DNA of 64,000 nucleotides from Microcystaceae cyanobacterium (GTDB lineage: Bacteria > Cyanobacteriota > Cyanobacteriia > Cyanobacteriales > Microcystaceae). The notes beneath the pieces were generated by a model. That model did not search any database, had not been told where the DNA came from, and was given only the letters and a program-made list of their open reading frames with translations. The stretch lies in the NCBI GenBank assembly GCA_041746575.1, contig JBGTGT010000098.1, forward strand, positions 96,001 through 160,000, in the 5' to 3' direction. The translations under genes were made by a program, and so were the position numbers. Shown here piece by piece: positions 30,901 through 39,769 of this stretch (its first letter is position 1; each line of letters opens with the position of its first letter).

Positions 30901-33900
30901 CTCATATCCTACCCCAACAGTTGCATTTTGAGCCTCAACGCTAAATCCAAGATTCGGTAAACCTAACTCTGTGTCAAAACTTGTAGAAGCATTAAAATTA
31001 CCTTCGAGTTTAGCAGCGATAAAATAACCATCACTATTCAGTGTCAATTCAATATCTTGTTGATTGATATCTCCATCGTTATTAGTATCTAGTAAAGTAA
31101 AATAGCCATCATTACTTTCTGTTAACAACTCAAATAAAGCTTGCTGAATAGCTGAAGTAGTTGAACTAGAAAGATTGATTAATTTATTATTAATGCCATT
31201 TTTGAGGTCTGTAATAAATTGAATAACATCATCACTAAAATCGCCCAGTAGAGGAATTTTATCGCTTAGTTTTTCATTAACTATACCTCTTAATTGTTCC
31301 AATATATAATCTAATCCTAGGCTGAGTAACTCTTTGGTATTGAAACTGCTAGCAAACTCTGTTAGGTTATTAAAGTTTTGACCTTTGTAATTTATATTAG
31401 TTGTACTAGGTTGATTTAGATTAATCTGACTTAAAGCGGTGTTAGGAAATACATAGCCTAAATCTACATCGAAATCATTACTACCATTAATTATCCCTTG
31501 TAGATTTAACGCCGCACTGCCTGATAAAGTGCCATTTACTGTTAGCGATTCTCCGACTCGCCATTTGTTATCATTACCGTCACTAATATCAAGGGTAAAT
31601 AAACTATCTAAATTACTACCATTATCAGTAATCCCGATGTTAATAATCTCAAAGAGTTGAGCATTAGCACTTAAACCCTGTAAATTGGCATTTAATCCTA
31701 AAATCAATTCAGAATTTGAAGAAGTATCGAGATAGAATTGAGGAGTTTGATTAGCATCTAAATCTATGCCAAATCCCCAATCAAAAGCATAATTTAAAGT
31801 AACATTAGCGTCTCCATTAATATTTAATCCTAAACTGGATGTTCCTAATGAACTCCCCAAAGGAAGAATAAAGGTTTCATTACCATCTAAATTTATATCT
31901 AAAATATATCCATCTTGGGTTAACAAGATATCGTTAATGTTAGTAAAATCAAGAATTTGAGCTTGTAAATTATCAATGAAATCTAAAACAATATCATCTA
32001 AATTTCTCAAAAGGGGAATTTTATTAGTTAAGGCGGTGGATAAACTATTTCTCAAATTAGCAAAAAAGAAGTTTAATCCTTCTGTCAATAAAGATTCCGC
32101 ATCAAAATTGTTAACTAATTCAACAGTAAAAGTTTCAGGATTAAATAAATCAGTTGCTTGTAAAGCAATATTGCCAATCTCAAGACTAAGACTGGCATTA
32201 GTATCATTGATAGATATTGGTAAATTACCTTGCAAACTGCCTGTTGCTGTAGATGTTAATAAAGTAGTGATAGGAGTATCTGTTATCTCCCTCAAAGTAA
32301 ACTTACCATCTTGATTAGGATCATTAAAATTAATATTAATTCCCGCATCAATGAGATCGATTGCACCCTTAACGATTCCCGCATTAATAATATTTCCTAC
32401 ATTAACACTCAAATTTAGATTATCTGCATCTACATCAACTTGAAAAATCGCTCGATCTGCTCTAATATAAACTCTCTCACTTGAATCTATTTCTGGTGAT
32501 AAATCAAAACCAACCGTAAATTTAGGTACCTGAGCATCATTTGCCGAAAGAAAGCCAAAGTTCGTCAAAATATCAAGAGTAGCAGAAGCGTCAAAATTGA
32601 TATTTAAGTCGTTGCCTTGCTCTCCTAAACTAAAAGCAATAGTTTCAGTAATAATCTCTTGTAAATCTAGATCAAATTCGATAACAGGTTCTAAATTATT
32701 GGTACTGTTTCCGAATTGATTTTCGATAACTTCAAAGAGTTCTCCAATCGTAGGTGTGGCATCATTGTTAAAATAGTTTTGAAAGGGAGTTCTTAATCTT
32801 TGATCTATTTGATGAGGTAAATTAATTATTTCCGCTAATGTTTGATTGATAATTGGTAAATTAACTGTAAAAGGTGCTAAATCATCTAAATCATCTGCAA
32901 ATTCAACTAAATCATTTAAACCATCAAGAATTAAGTTTTTTAAAGAATTTGGAATCGGAATAATAATAGGAGTATCAGGAATATTGGGACCAAATTCATT
33001 GGCATGAGAAGGTAGAGGATTAGCCGATAAATTTGAGTTACTATTCGGATCATCGGAAGTTGTATCTCCTAAAGCAGGAAATTGCAGTCCATTATTTTGC
33101 CAATCAGTAAACAATTCCCGATAAACAGAACGCAAAATCTCACTTTCCCAGAGGGGAAAATTGCCTGTACCCGAATTATATTTTATATCTATCCAATTCG
33201 ATCCTATTTCACGATAATTATCGTCAGAATCAGCAATTAACGTTTCAGAATCTCTGGTCAATTTAATTTGTTGTACGCTACCATCTGACAAAGATAAAAC
33301 TCGAATAGGACCAGCAACAACATTGCCGTCTGCTACATTTTCTAATTCGATTCTTAAATGACCGCTACTAATCGAAAATTCTCCTAGATTACCAAAAGAT
33401 AATCCTCCATCTTCTGCATCGGCTTCAAAAATCCTTTGATCTTTACTAACTGTTGCAATTGGAGTCGCACCATCATAAATTTTATATTTAGCATTACTAG
33501 CAGGGGTTAAATTTTGATCGGGTAAAGCAGAATTTTCTAAATTATCTACTAATTGGGTAACATTCAATAGCCAAGTTGTCTGAATACGATAATTGCCCGG
33601 CGTTAAATTGGCTTCCCAAACTGCAAAATCTCCCCCGTCATTACTGGTATTTACTCTGAATAAAGCTTTTATGGTCGTTAAACTATCCTGTCTCCAAGAA
33701 TGATCGCTATCAATCGAAAGTAGCCAGGGTTTTGAATCGGCAATTCCGGGTAAAGTCGTCGTTAAAATATTGCCACCATGATTCCCATTTAAATTAAGCA
33801 GAGAGGCATCATAAATAACAGCATTACCATTGTTTTGAGCAGTAAGAACATTTGAAAAAAGTTGACTCAGTTGATTACTACCTATGCTTTCCCCGTCAAA

Positions 33901-36558
33901 AGGAGTCTCTTGTAATAAAAGCAACTTAGATAAAATTACACTATTTTGATAGGCCGAAAACGCTCCTTTATCAAAATTAATTTCATCTTTTAATGCACCT
34001 GTAGGGTTTTCATGGAAATTAATTGTTATACCCCCGACAGAAACTTTTAAATCTTCAGTAATGTCATCTGGAGCAGGATAGTAAATATCATCATCATTTC
34101 CAGCAATTCCAAGATATTGATTCAGCAGTTCTCGATCACCTGATTTAAAAATGGGTATTTCAACATCACCAATTTCGATACTAGCCAAATCCAGTTTAGC
34201 GTTTGTTTGAATAAGAAAATCAAAAAGCTCAAAATCAATGCCAAATACTTCTTCAATTTGATCTTTAATAAAATCGAAAACGAACTGTTCTAAAGTTTCA
34301 ATTCCTACTAATAAAGGATTAATCGCTAATTCTAAAGGCTGAATTACAAATTCATCTAAAGCTGAACCAAAAGTCTGCATAATAGTCCGTATCATTGCTA
34401 GTTCTCTTGGCACTCCTAACATAGGCAAAAGATACTTATTAATAAAAGAGTCAGTCGTTAGCCCATCTCCATTAAGATCATCCAATTCTTCAATTAAAAC
34501 ATCAAAAACACCAACATTATTTTCTTTCTCAATCCCAATCAAGTTATATTCTCCTAACAATCCTCTTTCTTTATTCTGTAAATCTCGACGGCTTTGGGGA
34601 TCATAAAAAGCTCTCGTAAATGCTAATCCAAATTCTGACCAATGGCGTAATCCTTGATCTATATTATTAATCCAAGTTTGTAGATAACCTGTATAAAGAT
34701 TCTCCAGTTCTTCGATTGTTGGCGTTTCTCCTTGAATAAATTTATCAATCAGATCAGCGACTAAGAAATTAAAATCAATTGTTTCTTTCCCTTCAACTTG
34801 CTTACTGAGTAATTCTCTTAATTTGAAAAAAGTATCAATAGCAATTCCTCTTTTTCCCTGTACGATTAACTGCTCATCGCCATTTGCTATTTGATCCCCA
34901 CTCTGTAAATTTTCGACGACAATAATTTTTTGTTCAGTAACTTCTTTGACGGTATAGTCGCCATTATTTTGATTAAATCCTGATGCGCCAAAACGCATTC
35001 CTTGAACTATTCCGTCTTCGAGAAAATTTCCATTTTTACGATTAAAAGAATTGTCAGTAGTGTCAATTGTTAAGAATGTCTTTGCCGTATAGGGAATTTT
35101 GACAAATAATCTTTCATCTCCAGTAGAATTGTCATCTCCTGCTAATAGAGATTCTTTAACCGTAATGCGACCCGTTGTTATCTCAGTAATCGTATAAACT
35201 CCATTATTACGATTAAAACCATTAGTCGTAATTTTTTGTCCCACTACAAAACCATCAAAATTGCCACCATCAGTTCGAATAAATTGACGCTCATCTGAAT
35301 TAACTTTAATAGAAGCAACAATTCCTGTATCTTCCAAATGAGTCGGATCAAATAAAACAGGACGAATTAAACTTTCGTATATGAAACGATTCGGCGCAGC
35401 ATAAGAAATAGCTGGCGTGCTATCATCACTCACATCGTCAGCGATACCATCATCATTTATATAAATAGGTTGACGATCAGGATTATTATCAAAGTTAATA
35501 GTGGCATCTTGAATATACTCTTCCACTAATAAGTGACGCAGTGCATTCGCCACTTCACGTTTATCTTCACTAAGACTACTGGCAACATCACCAAAAGACG
35601 GAAAAACCCCTTCAGCAAATTCATTAACTAAATTGTGCGCCCAAATATCTCCTGCGGCGTGAGTTAAAAAGCCATAAGTCCAAGCTAAGATTTGTGACTT
35701 TTCTATATTACTAAAACTCGGATCGTTTTGGGCTTGCCAAGCCATATCTAGCACTCTTGTTAACCATGTACCGGTTTCTTCAGGATGAATCACGCCAGCA
35801 CCCATTAATATATCGGGAAAACCATCTGGTCCTACTGTTCCAGCATAATAATAATCAGGATAATTTCGTAGTGCCTGTGCAATTTTGGGATGTATATTAT
35901 AATTTTGTCCGTTAATGTTTAACGCTCCATCATCTAATAAATCTGAATGCACATCTTTAGCAATTTCTACATGAGTGTAGGGTTTAAAAGCAACGTCAGA
36001 GAAGGGGTCGTGATCATAATTATCTGCATTCTTTTGCTTATATTGATGTTCAAATCCTAATAAGTGTTTAGCTTCGTGGGCAATAACTTCTACTAAGGTT
36101 TCTACACCGTCAGAAAAATTAATTTGATCGTTAAATATGTTGTCAATAAAAACAAAAGCATTATCGCTATGATTTTGATTATCAAGATCAATTTTTTCTG
36201 CTAATCCATAATAATATCCATATTCATTAAAACTTAAATCAAAGTTACCCAAATAAATGGTCGAATATTTAATATCGCTTGGTTTTTCTAAGACAAAAAC
36301 AGTCTTTAAGTCTTGGTGAATTTCGTTTAAAGAATTAACGATTTTGCTGAAAATATCGTTTGCATCTTGAGTGACATGAGTGGGCAGTGTAAACCCATCG
36401 CTCTTAATACCTTCAATGCGAATATGACCTTGATAAGTTATATTTTCGACAGGATTAATCTCTAAATAAAAGACTTGATTAGAATGATCCTCCTGCGCCC
36501 CATCTGATAGGGAGATTTGAGCGTTAATGGGCGGTGAGTTGTCTAAGTTTTTGGACAT
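27907..36558 (-). CDS. Giant secreted RTX/Ca-binding protein with N-terminal HExxH segment and zinc-dependent phospholipase C-like domain
   Basis: AHEAKHLLGFEH; PYTHVEIA...AGTVGPDGFPD...GFLTHAAGDIWAH...HLLVE; many GGxGxD nonapeptides; C-terminal DIITDFEVGIDHI type-I secretion signal; AGGAAG RBS before ATG 36558. Confidence 0.85.
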   Translation of the reverse strand: MSKNLDNSPPINAQISLSDGAQEDHSNQVFYLEINPVENITYQGHIRIEGIKSDGFTLPTHVTQDANDIFSKIVNSLNEIHQDLKTVFVLEKPSDIKYSTIYLGNFDLSFNEYGYYYGLAEKIDLDNQNHSDNAFVFIDNIFNDQINFSDGVETLVEVIAHEAKHLLGFEHQYKQKNADNYDHDPFSDVAFKPYTHVEIAKDVHSDLLDDGALNINGQNYNIHPKIAQALRNYPDYYYAGTVGPDGFPDILMGAGVIHPEETGTWLTRVLDMAWQAQNDPSFSNIEKSQILAWTYGFLTHAAGDIWAHNLVNEFAEGVFPSFGDVASSLSEDKREVANALRHLLVEEYIQDATINFDNNPDRQPIYINDDGIADDVSDDSTPAISYAAPNRFIYESLIRPVLFDPTHLEDTGIVASIKVNSDERQFIRTDGGNFDGFVVGQKITTNGFNRNNGVYTITEITTGRITVKESLLAGDDNSTGDERLFVKIPYTAKTFLTIDTTDNSFNRKNGNFLEDGIVQGMRFGASGFNQNNGDYTVKEVTEQKIIVVENLQSGDQIANGDEQLIVQGKRGIAIDTFFKLRELLSKQVEGKETIDFNFLVADLIDKFIQGETPTIEELENLYTGYLQTWINNIDQGLRHWSEFGLAFTRAFYDPQSRRDLQNKERGLLGEYNLIGIEKENNVGVFDVLIEELDDLNGDGLTTDSFINKYLLPMLGVPRELAMIRTIMQTFGSALDEFVIQPLELAINPLLVGIETLEQFVFDFIKDQIEEVFGIDFELFDFLIQTNAKLDLASIEIGDVEIPIFKSGDRELLNQYLGIAGNDDDIYYPAPDDITEDLKVSVGGITINFHENPTGALKDEINFDKGAFSAYQNSVILSKLLLLQETPFDGESIGSNQLSQLFSNVLTAQNNGNAVIYDASLLNLNGNHGGNILTTTLPGIADSKPWLLSIDSDHSWRQDSLTTIKALFRVNTSNDGGDFAVWEANLTPGNYRIQTTWLLNVTQLVDNLENSALPDQNLTPASNAKYKIYDGATPIATVSKDQRIFEADAEDGGLSFGNLGEFSISSGHLRIELENVADGNVVAGPIRVLSLSDGSVQQIKLTRDSETLIADSDDNYREIGSNWIDIKYNSGTGNFPLWESEILRSVYRELFTDWQNNGLQFPALGDTTSDDPNSNSNLSANPLPSHANEFGPNIPDTPIIIPIPNSLKNLILDGLNDLVEFADDLDDLAPFTVNLPIINQTLAEIINLPHQIDQRLRTPFQNYFNNDATPTIGELFEVIENQFGNSTNNLEPVIEFDLDLQEIITETIAFSLGEQGNDLNINFDASATLDILTNFGFLSANDAQVPKFTVGFDLSPEIDSSERVYIRADRAIFQVDVDADNLNLSVNVGNIINAGIVKGAIDLIDAGININFNDPNQDGKFTLREITDTPITTLLTSTATGSLQGNLPISINDTNASLSLEIGNIALQATDLFNPETFTVELVNNFDAESLLTEGLNFFFANLRNSLSTALTNKIPLLRNLDDIVLDFIDNLQAQILDFTNINDILLTQDGYILDINLDGNETFILPLGSSLGTSSLGLNINGDANVTLNYAFDWGFGIDLDANQTPQFYLDTSSNSELILGLNANLQGLSANAQLFEIINIGITDNGSNLDSLFTLDISDGNDNKWRVGESLTVNGTLSGSAALNLQGIINGSNDFDVDLGYVFPNTALSQINLNQPSTTNINYKGQNFNNLTEFASSFNTKELLSLGLDYILEQLRGIVNEKLSDKIPLLGDFSDDVIQFITDLKNGINNKLINLSSSTTSAIQQALFELLTESNDGYFTLLDTNNDGDINQQDIELTLNSDGYFIAAKLEGNFNASTSFDTELGLPNLGFSVEAQNATVGVGYELNLAFGIDQTNTDSPQFYFDTNYFNDPELNLRLNAGVDLQGGGKLGFLQLDIEDKNPAPEVQISLSIDVEDGDHQLRLNETPNFTPDFNADVDLSLGLTTSFGDSKVLPSIMSDFTLDWQFDGESENGNIPSISFDEIQLDLGTFFNNFADPIFKNIQEITKPIEPIAKFLTRTIEASDSLIGEFILKDLLGIDITPLEQILNFVNFVNSIPLDSDLVINLGSFNLTGNDPRSSNFNLSLVTPFITKTSASLEQQLPNGTDEKKSLNTSQKLGIQFPIIENPQTAFGLLLGKNVELFNYKLPKLQINKDIGEVLFFVASSGPVFAEAGMRGTFKATSDIEFGYDTYGLTQFLDTEDIDDIFNGFYIKDEGENPLIEAIFGLEVFARGGIGFPANILSFYAELAGGVEGSIGLDLIDPNTLPNSKGKVRKDELIDGFTANPLSLFDLQGGINFILDASIGYAIARKQFVVIEDRILEEELLNFTVDFRGENQKDSQSPFLATNLGFKNFANDGILRLNIGANAHFRNDNRGDVAEVYVIQHEAFTATNETILVSSFGVVQDYKSLKKIIGDAGEGDDNITLVDRDVLVPVDLAGGNGNDTLVGGNNNDTLSGDNGDDFLMGSAGGDDYDGGKGIDTVSYRNSPTGVLLNLVTGEATGDAIGDIIPTSVEGLEGTQFNDTFIDDDQSRFLLGREGNDFLQGNGGDDTLEGEAGNDTLIGGLGDDFLRGGDGDDSLTSDDGNDVLTGENGDDTLISGLGDDTLSGGDGDDFLTSDDGNDVLRGENGNDTLISGLGDDTLSGGDGNDYLSGGDGIDSLSGGFDNDTLHGGNDDDFLFGDNLNDLLYGEAGNDWMDGGLGYDTLEGAEGHDTLIGGYGRDVLVGGEGNDILIGSDARDILTGGAGLDQFVYLELRDRDDIITDFEVGIDHIVLTEFFENLDLAFKGYQDVIDQGYLSWGQRGDTTIALYDEDGELGIRRARPFIYFENHTINALDQAENFII
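28490..28760 (-). repeat. 108-nt (36-aa) tandem duplication within the RTX block
   Basis: GGDGDDxLTSDDGNDVLxGENGxDTLISGLGDDTLS repeated with near-identical DNA; boundaries approximate. Confidence 0.8.
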
Positions 36559-36618
36559 AATAAGCTTCCTACTCAATTATCAAAAGTCAATGAAAAGATC
36601 TCTTGAGTAACTTTGTCT

Positions 36619-36689
36619 CTTCTACTCATTACTCGGAAAATGCAATTGACTTTGTGACATCTCACCTTAAAATTGTTACAAAACTCAAC
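36619..36689 (-). promoter_or_regulatory. Conserved upstream element, copy B (shared with 9139-9209)
   Basis: 59/71 ungapped identity to copy A; TTTGTGAC-N16-GTTACAAA; 61 nt from the giant gene ATG. Confidence 0.75.
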
Positions 36690-36761
36690 CGTTTTGCTAG
36701 TTGAATCGGAAAAAGTGAGAGAAAGCAGGATAAACTTGAGGCTTGAGTGTTCAAAATGACA

Positions 36762-38015
36762 TTAACTTGCTGTCGGCAACTTAACAATAAATGTTGTCCC
36801 TTGATACTGTTGGCTAAATCCATTGGGGCTAATCACCTCAATCGTACCGCCCATCTGCTCAATAAACGCTTTAACGATGGCTAAACCCAAACCCGTCCCC
36901 GGAATATCACTCTCTTCTTGGATTCCTCGATAATTTCTCTCAAAAATACGCTCTTTATCTTCTTCGGGAATACCATAACCCGTGTCAGCGATCGCCATAC
37001 CGAGGTCGTCCTTCGTTTCCACAACAGATACTGCAATTTTGCCACCCATTGGGCTATATTTAATCGCATTATCGAGCAAATTTGTAAAAACCTCTCGCAA
37101 CGCCTTTTTATTTCCTTTTACAAAAATTTTTTTCTCTCCTAAATCAGTCTGAATCGTAATCTGCTTGCTTTCAGCGATCGCAACGGCAGAGGTTAACAGG
37201 GGTGTGATGAGTTCCTGAAGCTCGACGGTTTCAAGGGGTAATTGAGCAGAAGCTAACAAAAGTGGGGTGGAGGAGGGTAACACCTTCTGCTCTAAATCTG
37301 GATTTGCTGGATAACGATGCCAATCTTGTTCAAAAGTGACCAGTAAATCCTGTAGGCGATCGCTTTCTCGGGCAATTCCTTCGACAATACTTTGACTTTT
37401 TTCATCTAATCCCAAGCGTTTTAGCAGTAACTTACTAAACGTGCGTAAGGCGGTTAACGGATTGCGTAGCTGATGCAACAGGTTATCTAGATGATCTGCC
37501 TGTTGTTGTTGTAAATAGTATTGTTGCTGTAACTGGCGTTGATAGCGGTGTTGACGTTGGTCTAAAAAACAAGCGATCGCTAACGTTTCCGCCATTTTCT
37601 TGCCTTGTTCAATGTCTTCTCCTTGCCATGGCTTCTCTTTCCGTTGCGTCACCCACAACCCAAAGATTGTCTCTTGATACATCAAGGGTAAAATCATCTG
37701 ATGATACGGATTATTCATTATCCTATCCCCAAGGGGAATCGGTTCAGCTAACCCCAATGGAGATGAAGATGCTGAGGGCAAGGCTAACGCCGTACAGTCG
37801 GCGGCAATGGCATAGCGATCTCGGTCTAAATCGTTGCTATTAACAGGATACATCGCTACAGGAATCAAAGGTAAGTCATCCTCTGCACTTCCCTGCATAA
37901 GATAAACGGCACTCCAGTCTGCTTTTAATCTATTTCCCCATAAATTGAGTTGAGATTGGCAGATTTTGATAAATTCAGTGCTGGGTGAGGAGAAAATAGG
38001 ATCATGATAAGACAT
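36762..38015 (-). CDS. hik2: GAF-domain sensor histidine kinase, Hik2/CSK-like
   Basis: EFIKICQSQL N-terminus, HQLRNPLTALRTF H-box, NLLDNAIKYS, DTGYGI, GTGLGL. Confidence 0.85.
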   Translation of the reverse strand: MSYHDPIFSSPSTEFIKICQSQLNLWGNRLKADWSAVYLMQGSAEDDLPLIPVAMYPVNSNDLDRDRYAIAADCTALALPSASSSPLGLAEPIPLGDRIMNNPYHQMILPLMYQETIFGLWVTQRKEKPWQGEDIEQGKKMAETLAIACFLDQRQHRYQRQLQQQYYLQQQQADHLDNLLHQLRNPLTALRTFSKLLLKRLGLDEKSQSIVEGIARESDRLQDLLVTFEQDWHRYPANPDLEQKVLPSSTPLLLASAQLPLETVELQELITPLLTSAVAIAESKQITIQTDLGEKKIFVKGNKKALREVFTNLLDNAIKYSPMGGKIAVSVVETKDDLGMAIADTGYGIPEEDKERIFERNYRGIQEESDIPGTGLGLAIVKAFIEQMGGTIEVISPNGFSQQYQGTTFIVKLPTAS

Positions 38016-38256
38016 GAGAACTGATCGTAAAACACTAAAATAATAAAATTAATAATATTAAGTTTTGTATCGTAAGCTAATCGTAACAAAGTCAAGAAAT
38101 ATATACAAAAGGAAAGATTAATTGAGGGATTACCCCTATTGTACCTTGCCAAATTTTTCAAGAATAGGTGTTGCTTTTTCAGTCATCAACCCTTATAATC
38201 CTAATAGATTTTGTAACTATCAATACAGCATATTCCTGATAGAGGAGGTAATTGGG

Positions 38257-38574
38257 TTGGCAAGAAAACGGAAGCGCAAAAGTCGACGTCGCCAAGAAGG
38301 ACGAAAAATACTCGAACTCGTTCCTCAGTACTGCATCGAGAGCGGCGAAGACAAACCAGTAACTGCCGCTAGGAGGTACATCAAGGCTAACGAAATTACT
38401 GCCCCCGCCGTACTTATTGTAAAACGAAATGAGCATACCACCGATAAATATTTTTGGGCTGAAAAAGGTTTATTTGGTGCGCAGTATGTAGAAGAAAATC
38501 ACTTTCTTTTTCCCAGTTTGAAACCCTATCAATCTCAAATTCCAACCCCTGTAACGGTTGGTATCGGAAAATAG
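38257..38574 (+). CDS. DUF3155-type conserved cyanobacterial protein
   Basis: TTG start after GAGGAGG; ARKRKRKSRRRQEGRKILE..PQY..KPVTAAR...FWAEKGLFGAQY. Confidence 0.85.
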   Translation: MARKRKRKSRRRQEGRKILELVPQYCIESGEDKPVTAARRYIKANEITAPAVLIVKRNEHTTDKYFWAEKGLFGAQYVEENHFLFPSLKPYQSQIPTPVTVGIGK

Positions 38575-38655
38575 GAAACGGCATTTTAACAAACTGGATA
38601 TCTTGCTTAGATAGGAGGATTTATCATTTCTCCTATCTTTCTGCGGCTTGCCCGC

Positions 38656-38853
38656 TCAACGCTGATTGGCTCTCGTATCTTTAACCGCCGCCCAAAAAAA
38701 GAGTCCTGTCAGGGGAATACAAACAGCGAGAATAAGTCCTGTGATGGAAGTGCCTAAGTCGGGATTGCCCGATGACAGTTCAAAAATAGATCCCACCGCT
38801 GCGATCGCCGCAATACAAGATCCCAGTAAGAATATACCACTTTTAGGGGTCAC
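38656..38853 (-). CDS. Small two-TM hypothetical membrane protein
   Basis: GTG start after AGGAG; two hydrophobic helices; AIAAVGSIFEL; downstream of def. Confidence 0.75.
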   Translation of the reverse strand: MTPKSGIFLLGSCIAAIAAVGSIFELSSGNPDLGTSITGLILAVCIPLTGLFFWAAVKDTRANQR

Positions 38854-38889
38854 GAATTCTTTCTCCTTTTCAGCAAAATAGCAGAATCA

Positions 38890-39450
38890 TTAAACAGGTT
38901 TAACAGATTGGACGGAAAAGCCATTTTTTTGTAATTCTTCCGTTAAAGCCAAGGAATTATCTACCCGATCTACAAATACAATACCATTAAGGTGATCCAT
39001 TTCATGTTGAATGACTCTAGCCATTAGATCGGCAGCCTGTAACGTTTGGGGTTTGCCATATTCATCTTTATAGGATACTTCAATGGCTTCGGGGCGAATC
39101 ACATCCAGATAGACACCGGGGATACTCAGACATCCCTCTTCTCCTTTACACAAAGTGGAGCTATAACGAATAATTTTGGGATTAATCAACACTAAAGGCG
39201 GATTTTCGGGCTTATCGGGTTCACAATCAATAACAATCAATTGTTTATTGACAGCCACTTGAGGGGCGGCTAACCCAATGCCACTAGAGCTATACATGGT
39301 TTGCAACATTTCCTTCGCCAATTGTCGCATCGAAGCATCCACTTTAGCGACTCGTTTGGCAGGCTGACGTAAAATGCGATCACCGAGATAATGTAGTTTT
39401 AAAGGGGGAGTTTCTAATTTCTTTTTTTCAACGGTAAGGGCAACACTCAT
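38890..39450 (-). CDS. def: Peptide deformylase
   Basis: GIGLAAPQ, EGCLS, QHEMDH. Confidence 0.97.
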   Translation of the reverse strand: MSVALTVEKKKLETPPLKLHYLGDRILRQPAKRVAKVDASMRQLAKEMLQTMYSSSGIGLAAPQVAVNKQLIVIDCEPDKPENPPLVLINPKIIRYSSTLCKGEEGCLSIPGVYLDVIRPEAIEVSYKDEYGKPQTLQAADLMARVIQHEMDHLNGIVFVDRVDNSLALTEELQKNGFSVQSVKPV

Positions 39451-39769
39451 AATAATCTTCAAATCGAACTCGTTATGTTTTTATCTTAACCAATCTGGGC
39501 ATATTGACACTCAGGATTCGGTTTCATTCTGGGGGATGAGGGAATCTCCCAATTGGGGGGAAGTCAGGAAGTCAGGGATCTCGATAGGCTAGGGCTATCA
39601 TCTTTTAAAAAGCGTTGCGCTTAAAGTTAGAGCCAGTCATCTACCTAGTCGAAAAAACTAGCTTTGTCCAATGATGTAGAAGACAATTGGGATTTAGCCA
39701 GTTGTCTAACATCTAGCGAGATTGAAGAACGAACCTCACGCTTACTCGCTCAGTTTCAAGCGTTTCTCC

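Noticed and set aside
38122..38256. Long N-terminus of the DUF3155 ORF
   Set aside because: The strong RBS precedes TTG at 38257, where the conserved sequence begins
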